This document shows positions 57,322 to 64,000 of a DNA stretch of 64,000 nucleotides, in pieces. A model generated the notes under the pieces. The model worked only from the letters and a program-made list of their open reading frames with translations, searched no databases and was not told where the DNA came from. The stretch covers positions 1 to 64,000 of the forward strand of contig MTMD02000014.1 of the NCBI GenBank assembly GCA_002010065.2, written 5' to 3'. A program made the translations under genes and the position numbers. This stretch comes from Candidatus Pyrohabitans jungbluthii (GTDB lineage Archaea; Hydrothermarchaeota; Hydrothermarchaeia; Hydrothermarchaeales; BMS3B). Position 1 is the stretch's first letter. The number at the start of each line of letters is the position of its first letter.

Positions 57322-57693
57322 CTACAGAGACTTCAGATAAGCCTCCAGTGCTGTGAGACGCTCGTCGTTCTCTGGCAGAGGCTTGCCCTTCATGGGCACC
57401 TCTATGCAGAAGTTTATTACCTCCTTCAGTGTCATCTCCCTCTTTGCCATCTTGAAGTATCCCTTGGGGTTGTACTTATCGCCCACTCCGGAGAGCGTCG
57501 ATGGCTCGGGATGGCAGGTCAGGCAGCTCTTCCCATTCGTGCCAAGGCTGGCATCCGCGAAAAGCGCCCTGCCGTACTCCACTAAGTTATCCGGCTTCTC
57601 TGTCTCTAGAGCCTCTTCAGCCTGAGGCCTCTGTGCACATCCTGCAAAAATCGCTGCAAGTAACACCACCAGGATTAATCTTTTCACACCCAT
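57322..57693 (-). CDS. Monoheme cytochrome c lipoprotein, SoxA/TsdA-like domain
   Basis: Lipobox FAGC; SCLTCH; TL-x-x-x-INFC-x-x-x-PM-x-G...ALEAY. Confidence 0.8.
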   Translation of the reverse strand: MGVKRLILVVLLAAIFAGCAQRPQAEEALETEKPDNLVEYGRALFADASLGTNGKSCLTCHPEPSTLSGVGDKYNPKGYFKMAKREMTLKEVINFCIEVPMKGKPLPENDERLTALEAYLKSL

Positions 57694-57788
57694 CCCCTCA
57701 CACCATTTTATATTATAAACATCGAACTATAAAAAACTTGTCTTTTCTGCCTTTCCAATCTCTATTTTATTTATTATGTATATTCACT

Positions 57789-58475
57789 TCAAACATAGCC
57801 CCTGTCGCGCAGGCTGACGTAGCGCCCATCGCCTATGATTAAGTGGTCCAGCAGCTCTATGCCGAGAAGCTCACCCGCTCGCTTGAGCGCTTTTGTTATG
57901 GCGATGTCCTCGCTGCTTGGCTCAGGGTCGCCGCTCGGGTGGTTGTGGGCCACTATTACCCGGGTGGAAGCCTCTTCAAGGGCGATTCTGAACACCTCGC
58001 GAGGCTGAACCACGCTCGCCTCAAGTCCGCCCTGGGATATGTTCACAAGACGCAGCACCCTGTTTTTCGAGTTCAGGTAGATGCCTGCGAAAATCTCAAC
58101 CTTTCGCTGCGCCAGCCTAGGGTAGAGCACGCGAAATGCATCGCCGGAACTTTTAATCACCGGCTTCTCCTCTGCACGGTCCTCCGCTAACCTGCGTGCA
58201 AGTTCAAAGCACGCCGCTATCTGGCACGCTTTGGCGTCGCTTATACCGTGAATCTTCTTCAACTCGGCTACGCTTGCGCTGGCGAGGTCTTTGAGCGAGT
58301 ACTCGCTCAGAATCCTCGTAGCAAGGCTGAGGACGCTCTCCCGCTTAGTGCCCGTTCTGAGCAGGATAGCCAGAAGCTCAGCATTTGAAAGCGCCTCGCT
58401 ACCATGGCGAATAAGCCTCTCCCTTGGCCTCTCTGAAAGAGGCATGTCTTTGATTTTAACCACGTACTCGGCCAT
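57789..58475 (-). CDS. radC: RadC family JAB domain protein (full length)
   Basis: ERPRERL, ELLAILL, HNHPSGD-x-x-PS-x-ED and DHLII. Confidence 0.95.
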   Translation of the reverse strand: MAEYVVKIKDMPLSERPRERLIRHGSEALSNAELLAILLRTGTKRESVLSLATRILSEYSLKDLASASVAELKKIHGISDAKACQIAACFELARRLAEDRAEEKPVIKSSGDAFRVLYPRLAQRKVEIFAGIYLNSKNRVLRLVNISQGGLEASVVQPREVFRIALEEASTRVIVAHNHPSGDPEPSSEDIAITKALKRAGELLGIELLDHLIIGDGRYVSLRDRGYV

Positions 58476-58492
58476 TTCCCAAGTGCCAGAAG

Positions 58493-58924
58493 CTAGTTCT
58501 TTTGCTGCTGCTCCAGGAAGCGTTTTGCCTTCTCCCCAAGCACCCGTAGCACGTCTGTGGAAGTTACTATTCCCAGGGGCTTCTTCCGTGTGGGTGAAGC
58601 TGTAACCACAAGGCGATGAATTCCATTTTCAAGCATTACCCTCCCCGCCTCTTCTACGGTGGTTTCGGGGGTTACTGAGATGGTGTACGGCGTCATTATG
58701 TCCTCGGCGGTGTACTTGAAGTTAATCCCCGGGTTACCGTTGGCGAGCTTGAATATATCCAGCGCTGACACAACGCCCACCACATCACCGCCGCTGTCCA
58801 CCACGACGACGCCCGAGATGTTATTTGTGACCATCTTATCAAGAATCTCAGCCACAGTGGAGTCGAGCTTGACTGAGATAATATCCCGCGTCATTATCTC
58901 CCCCACTTTCTTGGTCTCCTGCAT
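58493..58924 (-). CDS. Tandem CBS domain protein
   Basis: VGEIMT, IHRLVV and GIVTSTDVL. Confidence 0.9.
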   Translation of the reverse strand: MQETKKVGEIMTRDIISVKLDSTVAEILDKMVTNNISGVVVVDSGGDVVGVVSALDIFKLANGNPGINFKYTAEDIMTPYTISVTPETTVEEAGRVMLENGIHRLVVTASPTRKKPLGIVTSTDVLRVLGEKAKRFLEQQQKN

Positions 58925-58998
58925 AACCAACCACCTGTTTAATGCCTAAATTACTCTGTAATATAAAAAGGTTATTATTAAAAAGGTTATTATGCAGG

Positions 58999-59886
58999 TT
59001 ATACAGGAATCCTCTTCCGCAGCTCAGGAAGCTCTTCCAGCACCTTCTCTGGTGAGTAGCTCCTGAGCTCTTCCACCAGCCTGCGCTCATTCAGCATGTC
59101 CTCGCTGAGAGGCAGGGCGACGCCGTCGACATTTTTTGCATCGCTCATATGCAGCGAAAAGGGCGCCCTGGCGAGCTTGCCACTGGGCGTCTGCGAAGGA
59201 TCAAGGGTGAGCTGCTTTGCAAGCTTCTCGTGTCCGCCAGTGATGCGTATGCCCAGCGCAGACCTTATCTTCTCAGCCCATCTACCTGTGAAGCTTGCTA
59301 GCGGCGCCTCTTTTGAGAATCGCAGGTACCTGTTATAGAACTCCGGCGGAAGCTCCTTCTCCAGCAGGAGGTAAACGTGGAAGGAGGAGCCGGTGTACAT
59401 GGGAAAAAGCTTATACTCAGGCACAAGCGCGTTAAACTCCTCATCTTCACGTATTAGCTCCACTAGCGCCTTTGTGGCACGCTGTGCCTCCTCAGGCTTG
59501 ACCTCCTTAGCCCTGTCGATGTCGAAGAATATGCGCTCTATGGCTTTGCCCTCACCCTCGCCGTTGGTGGCATAGAAGAAGTCGCACAGCTTTCTCGGCA
59601 GGAAGTAGTTCCACACCCTAACCTGAGTCTCGGTAAGCTTCTCCCGAACCTCCCTGAGGGAGCGCAGTCTGAGTTTGAGAAACTCCTCATCAACACTCTC
59701 CACGAGCTGCTCAACATAAAGCGTGCCATGCCTTGAGCCCCGCTTTATTATCTTTGGCCCGCCCGGAATCCACACCCTGGAGGCAAGCTCCTTACCGCGC
59801 AGAAAGCCGAAAAGCGCCTTCCCCACCTCGCGGTAGTAGTAGAGCACGTCCAGCTTACCAAAAGGTGCAAGTACATCCCGAGGCAT
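58999..59886 (-). CDS. Stand-alone archaeo-eukaryotic primase/polymerase (LigD PolDom-like)
   Basis: D-x-x-x-YY, IFFDID, TG-x-SFHVY, TLD-x-x-Q and APFSL; start MPRDVL. Confidence 0.7.
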   Translation of the reverse strand: MPRDVLAPFGKLDVLYYYREVGKALFGFLRGKELASRVWIPGGPKIIKRGSRHGTLYVEQLVESVDEEFLKLRLRSLREVREKLTETQVRVWNYFLPRKLCDFFYATNGEGEGKAIERIFFDIDRAKEVKPEEAQRATKALVELIREDEEFNALVPEYKLFPMYTGSSFHVYLLLEKELPPEFYNRYLRFSKEAPLASFTGRWAEKIRSALGIRITGGHEKLAKQLTLDPSQTPSGKLARAPFSLHMSDAKNVDGVALPLSEDMLNERRLVEELRSYSPEKVLEELPELRKRIPV

Positions 59887-60055
59887 GGTTTCCCCCTTAA
59901 GAAGGGTAAGTGATGGCGTTGGGAAGGATTGTTGGAAGCATCTTATTCGTATTTTCAAGAATTTTTATGGTATCCTCTGTCGTCCATAGTTTAGTAGATG
60001 ATAATGTTATTTTAATATTACACAACAAAAACAGTGGCATAATATTTATATATCG

Positions 60056-61150
60056 ATGATCTGTATTATTTTTATGCACAAGATAAAAATGGTGTATTTA
60101 TCTGGCTTTGTCTCTCTAATTGTGCTATATTCTTTATTTTTCACAACGTATACGTGTGCTTTAAGCGTTGAAAATCCGCTTCCGATGGAATACATGGACA
60201 GAATTTCTATAATCTCAGCCGAGACTCATAGTCCTACCGACTCAGGAGACGAAGCCCATCTGGAAGATATCAGAGAGCTTCTTTCAGCTATGGAGTCTAT
60301 GCTGGTCTCTTTAATGGCAATATATCTGGTTGGCACATTCATATTTTTAATACTCAGAATGTCAGGAAAATTAGAATTTTTAAAATTTCATAGTTATGTC
60401 TACATAAGTGCATTTCTCATAGCAGTCTTTGGTTTTGGTTATTTGGCTTATCTTATATGGGGAATTTTTTATGCTCTGGCTACTGTTGTGGTGCTTTTAT
60501 TTTTAGGTTATTTAGGTTATAGGAGTGTTTTCTCTCCTGACATCTCCATTGAGAAGTCTGAAAAAGAGCCTATATCGGTGTGGAAAGATGTTATTTATGT
60601 GGGGAAGAGGAGCTATGCTGGAGGGATATTCTTTGCTATATGGATGGTTTTAAGCCTATATGTTGCTTTTACAGCTTTTGGAGAAGATAACTGGGTTTCT
60701 ATTACAGGTCTGTCTTTCTCATTTATTTCCTATTGCGGTTTTGTAAGCTCCTTTTTTAGTAATCTAAAGTTATACAGGGAGGGAATATATCAGAGAGATA
60801 TTCTCCTCAGACCTGAGTTTGTGACATGGAACTGTGTTGCTGATGTAAAAAAAGTCGAGCATTTTAAAGGTGGAGTAACCATTTCTCTGGAGATGAATAA
60901 ATTCTGTCGAAAAGTTTATGGAGTGAAGGGTATCAGTATATCCCCTTGGGAAGTCGATGATATGGGAAGGGTGTACAACATTATAAAAGAAATTCTCAGA
61001 TACAGGAAGTCGGCCTCGAGTTTTGAAGAATGGGCGGAGGAGGAGAAGAGATTACTTCAGGATGCATTAAGCAAAAGACATATTAGTCAGGAACAATATA
61101 ATAAAAGGATGGAAAAGCTTATGGAATGGGTATCCATGATATGTGGTTGA
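60056..61150 (+). CDS. AT-rich polytopic membrane protein with PH-like and SHOCT-like C-terminal segments
   Basis: Five to six TMs; EGI...FVTW-x-x-V; HISQEQYNKRMEKL. Confidence 0.65.
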   Translation: MICIIFMHKIKMVYLSGFVSLIVLYSLFFTTYTCALSVENPLPMEYMDRISIISAETHSPTDSGDEAHLEDIRELLSAMESMLVSLMAIYLVGTFIFLILRMSGKLEFLKFHSYVYISAFLIAVFGFGYLAYLIWGIFYALATVVVLLFLGYLGYRSVFSPDISIEKSEKEPISVWKDVIYVGKRSYAGGIFFAIWMVLSLYVAFTAFGEDNWVSITGLSFSFISYCGFVSSFFSNLKLYREGIYQRDILLRPEFVTWNCVADVKKVEHFKGGVTISLEMNKFCRKVYGVKGISISPWEVDDMGRVYNIIKEILRYRKSASSFEEWAEEEKRLLQDALSKRHISQEQYNKRMEKLMEWVSMICG

Positions 61151-61212
61151 AATTCAAGGCTTAATTCAGATCAAGTTTTATTTTATTGATACTCAAGCGA
61201 TTAGAAGTAAGA

Positions 61213-61503
61213 CTATTGCATCTCTTTCCCGGTTTTCCAAAGTTTGTAATTCCCTTGGAGATATTGTTTGAGTTCTACGAAGAATAAAATTGTGCAAATT
61301 ATTCCAATAATGATAATAATACCATGAGGTGCTTGCGGCCATCCATAACCCGGGGTAAAAAATACATGTTTCATCAGCCCAAAGATTGTTTCTTTGGGCG
61401 CTGTTTTAATAATATAGTAGGACCAAAGATCGAATACTAGTGCTGCAATAAACATTTGTAATACCTGATTTCTCTTCTTCCTCTTTGCCTCTTTAATGTC
61501 CAT
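61213..61503 (-). CDS. Hypothetical 2-TM membrane protein, paralog of 14847-15323
   Basis: KEAKRKKRNQVLQ N-terminus; AT-rich. Confidence 0.65.
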   Translation of the reverse strand: MDIKEAKRKKRNQVLQMFIAALVFDLWSYYIIKTAPKETIFGLMKHVFFTPGYGWPQAPHGIIIIIGIICTILFFVELKQYLQGNYKLWKTGKEMQ

Positions 61504-61655
61504 GTTGTATTTTATTTAATTGACAAATTATAAAACTTGCTTCATTGATGGTTTCTTTATCTGCTCGAAAGGATTGAGCCATCTTAATTTTAAGCTTAGT
61601 TAAATTTTAGCAGGTTTAAATTTAAGCATGTGATTAATCTACAAAGAAAGAGGTA

Positions 61656-61730
61656 TGGGCCCGCTGGGCTTCGAACCCAGGACCTTTCGCTTATCAGGCG
61701 AACGCGCTAACCAGGCTGCGCCACGGGCCC
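61656..61730 (-). tRNA. tRNA-Ile(GAT)
   Basis: GGGCCCG/CGGGCCC acceptor stem; anticodon arm TTCGC-CTGATAA-GCGAA. Confidence 0.95.
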
Positions 61731-61854
61731 TCGTGATTCGCCTGTGAGTTCACCTCTTAAAATTTTAATGAAAGTGTACCCAAGGTTTATATTCCTCATT
61801 CACCAATATTACCTTCGTTAAGCTTTCCCCTCTTTTCAGGAAGGTGAATACAAG

Positions 61855-63750
61855 TTGGACCTGATGCAGTTCCGCACCACCGAGGAGATTGAGGTTCCCA
61901 AGAACCTCATCGACCAGGTGATTGGTCAGGAGAGGGCGGTTGAGATTATAAAGAAGGCTGCCCTCCAGAAGAGGCATGTTTTACTGATAGGCGACCCTGG
62001 CACAGGGAAGAGCATGCTGGGCCAGGCTATGGCAGAGCTTCTCCCCACGGAGGAGCTTGAAGATATTCTGGTCTACCCCAACCCTGAGGACAAGAACAAC
62101 CCTAAAATAGAGGCGGTAAAGGCAGGCGAGGGCGAGGCGATAATTCAGCGCTTCAAGGAGCAGAAGCGCCGTGTAGAGGCGCCCATAAACACCATGTTCA
62201 AGGTGCTCTTCATAAGCGTAATGTTTCTGGTGCTGTACTACATGCTGGTGCTCCAGCAGCCTTATGTGCTGTTTCTCGGGATAATCGCCTTCGTCTTCCT
62301 GCTGATGGGCAGGCAGTACATTAAGGTTAAAGACGATGTGCTCGTTCCGAAGCTGCTGGTTAACAACAAGGGCAGGACGAAGGCACCTTTTGTGGACGCC
62401 ACAGGCTCGCACGCTGGAGCGTTGCTTGGCGATGTGCGCCACGACCCCTTCCAGAGCGGCGGTTTGGAGACGCCTCCCCACGAGCTGGTTGAGGCGGGGG
62501 CAATCCACAAGGCGCACAAGGGCGTGCTCTTTATAGATGAGATTTCCACTCTCGGTATAGAGAGCCAGCAGGCTCTGCTCACCGCTATGCAGGAGAAGAG
62601 GTTCCCGATTACCGGGCAGAGTGAGCGTAGCTCAGGTGCAATGGTGCGCACAGAGCCAGTGCCCTGTGATTTTATTCTCATTGCGGCGGGCAACCTCGAC
62701 GTGGTCAACAAGATGCATCCCGCCCTGCGCTCCCGTATTAGAGGCTACGGCTATGAGATTTACATGAAGGATGTGATGGACGACACCCGAGAGAATCGCG
62801 ACAAGCTGGTGCAGTTCGTAGCGCAGGAAGTTGTGAAGGACGGCAAGATACCCCACTTCACCCGCGAAGCTGTGATTGAGATAATTGAAGAAGCCAGGAG
62901 GCGCGCTGGCAGAAGGGGTAAGCTTACGCTGAAGCTTCGCGGGCTCGGTGGCTTGGTGCGCGCTGCTGGAGATGTTGCAATAAGCGAGGGTGCGCCCTAC
63001 GTAGAGGCGAGGCACGTAAAGAAGGCAAAGAAGATCGCCCGTACCTTGGAGCAGCAGATTGCCGATAGGTACATCAGTCAGAAAAAGGATTATGAGGTTT
63101 ACAAGGTTGAGGGCGCAGAGGTGGGCAAGGTTAACGGTTTAGCTGTAATCGGCAGCGACAGCGGCGTAATTTTGCCCATTGTAGCCGAGGTGACGCCTGC
63201 ACAGAGCCGCGAGGAGGGCAAAATAATAGCCACGGGCAAGCTGCGCACAATAGCGAGGGAGGCGATTCAGAACGTTAGCGCGATTATCAAGAAGCACACG
63301 GGTAGAGACATCTCGAATTACGACGTTCATATTCAGTTTCTGCAAACATACGAGGGCGTCGAGGGGGACAGCGCCAGCATAAGCGTCGCCACGGCTGTGT
63401 TCTCCGCCCTCGAGAATATACCAGTTGATCAAAGCGTTGCCATGACGGGCTCGCTCAGCGTGCGCGGCGACGTCCTGCCGGTGGGCGGTGTAAACGCGAA
63501 GATAGAGGCTGCGCTCAACGCGGGCATAAAGAAGGTGATAATACCTCACGGAAACCTCAAAGATGTGATGCTTGACCCGGAGAAGCGCAGGAAGATAGAG
63601 ATTGTGCCTGTGAAGACGCTTTCGGAGGTGCTGGAAGAGGCGCTGTGCTGGAGCGAGGATCGCGAGGGCTTGCTCGACCGCGTGAAGAGCATGATTTCCC
63701 TGCCGAGGGTGGACAGGGCTCTGCCGAGTGTTGACAAGCAGGGAAGCTGA
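61855..63750 (+). CDS. lonB: Archaeal membrane-bound ATP-dependent protease LonB
   Basis: GDPGTGKS, two-TM insert, DVRHDP, EGDSAS and GGVNAKIEAA; no intein. Confidence 0.97.
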   Translation: MDLMQFRTTEEIEVPKNLIDQVIGQERAVEIIKKAALQKRHVLLIGDPGTGKSMLGQAMAELLPTEELEDILVYPNPEDKNNPKIEAVKAGEGEAIIQRFKEQKRRVEAPINTMFKVLFISVMFLVLYYMLVLQQPYVLFLGIIAFVFLLMGRQYIKVKDDVLVPKLLVNNKGRTKAPFVDATGSHAGALLGDVRHDPFQSGGLETPPHELVEAGAIHKAHKGVLFIDEISTLGIESQQALLTAMQEKRFPITGQSERSSGAMVRTEPVPCDFILIAAGNLDVVNKMHPALRSRIRGYGYEIYMKDVMDDTRENRDKLVQFVAQEVVKDGKIPHFTREAVIEIIEEARRRAGRRGKLTLKLRGLGGLVRAAGDVAISEGAPYVEARHVKKAKKIARTLEQQIADRYISQKKDYEVYKVEGAEVGKVNGLAVIGSDSGVILPIVAEVTPAQSREEGKIIATGKLRTIAREAIQNVSAIIKKHTGRDISNYDVHIQFLQTYEGVEGDSASISVATAVFSALENIPVDQSVAMTGSLSVRGDVLPVGGVNAKIEAALNAGIKKVIIPHGNLKDVMLDPEKRRKIEIVPVKTLSEVLEEALCWSEDREGLLDRVKSMISLPRVDRALPSVDKQGS

Positions 63751-63759
63751 GGCTTGCGC

Positions 63760-64000
63760 ATGTTGCGAGAGGTTCGAGAGCTGTTAGAGCTGCCTGCGCG
63801 TTTTGTAGACGTCACCTTGCATGACGTTGAGAGCACGAGTATTTTGATGAAAGACGGCTCCGCAAAGGAGATTGCCACAGGCAGGAGTTCTGGAATTTCT
63901 GTGCGTGTGCTTGACCGCGGCTGGGGCTTCGCTTACGCGAGCAGTGTCCATGAACTAAAAGATGCGGCGGAGCGCGCCCTGCGTGGTGCCAAGCTTGCGA
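63760..64000 (+). CDS. TldD/PmbA family protein, partial (5' end)
   Basis: MLREVRELL...GISVRVLDRGWGFA. Confidence 0.8.
   Translation, partial: MLREVRELLELPARFVDVTLHDVESTSILMKDGSAKEIATGRSSGISVRVLDRGWGFAYASSVHELKDAAERALRGAKLA

Noticed and set aside
57789-58475. radC as a marker of a mobile element
   Set aside because: It is the full-length chromosomal type with host-like composition and no mobility genes nearby.
19748-58924. Two similar stand-alone CBS proteins
   Set aside because: Ordinary archaeal paralogs; no notable DNA-level identity seen.
58964-58993. 15-bp tandem duplication TAAAAAGGTTATTAT x2
   Set aside because: Only two copies in an AT-rich promoter/terminator region; no further structure.

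Overview
This is archaeal chromosomal DNA. The evidence is the nep1-rnp4-yhbY-rps19e-rpl39e-rpl31e-eif6-rplX-pfdA-ftsY superoperon, membrane LonB, type II Map, and intronless tRNAs without encoded CCA. The organism looks anaerobic and respiratory: it has ftr, a Tat-exported formate dehydrogenase with an NrfD-type anchor, two octaheme cytochromes c with CGP-CTERM-like anchors, and CcdA proteins. That gene set fits a Hydrothermarchaeota-like euryarchaeon, which is inference and not a database result. There are five tRNAs: Val-CAC, Arg-CCG, Val-TAC, Gly-GCC and Ile-GAT. Accessory DNA comes in four pieces. (1) A ~3.5 kb decayed island bounded by an 18-bp copy of the tRNA-Arg 3' end, with three toxin-antitoxin pairs (two toxins broken) and transglutaminase-like fragments. 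(2) A ~170 bp hairpin-rich element bounded by an 18-bp copy of the tRNA-Val 3' end. (3) An AT-rich islet next to tRNA-Ile. (4) The best candidate for an undescribed system, a 43.7-52.1 kb locus. In it, two head-to-head Zn-ribbon/winged-helix paralogs, otherwise diverged, end in a perfect 36-bp inverted repeat (46317-46352 / 48230-48265), defining a possibly invertible 1.9 kb promoter cassette. One side leads to a membrane-anchored protein; the other leads to a large lipoprotein with a ZU5/GPS-like HLS autoproteolysis motif and a low-GC tip. I saw no CRISPR array, rRNA, integrase or transposase. Family calls come from motif recognition by eye; no searches were run.
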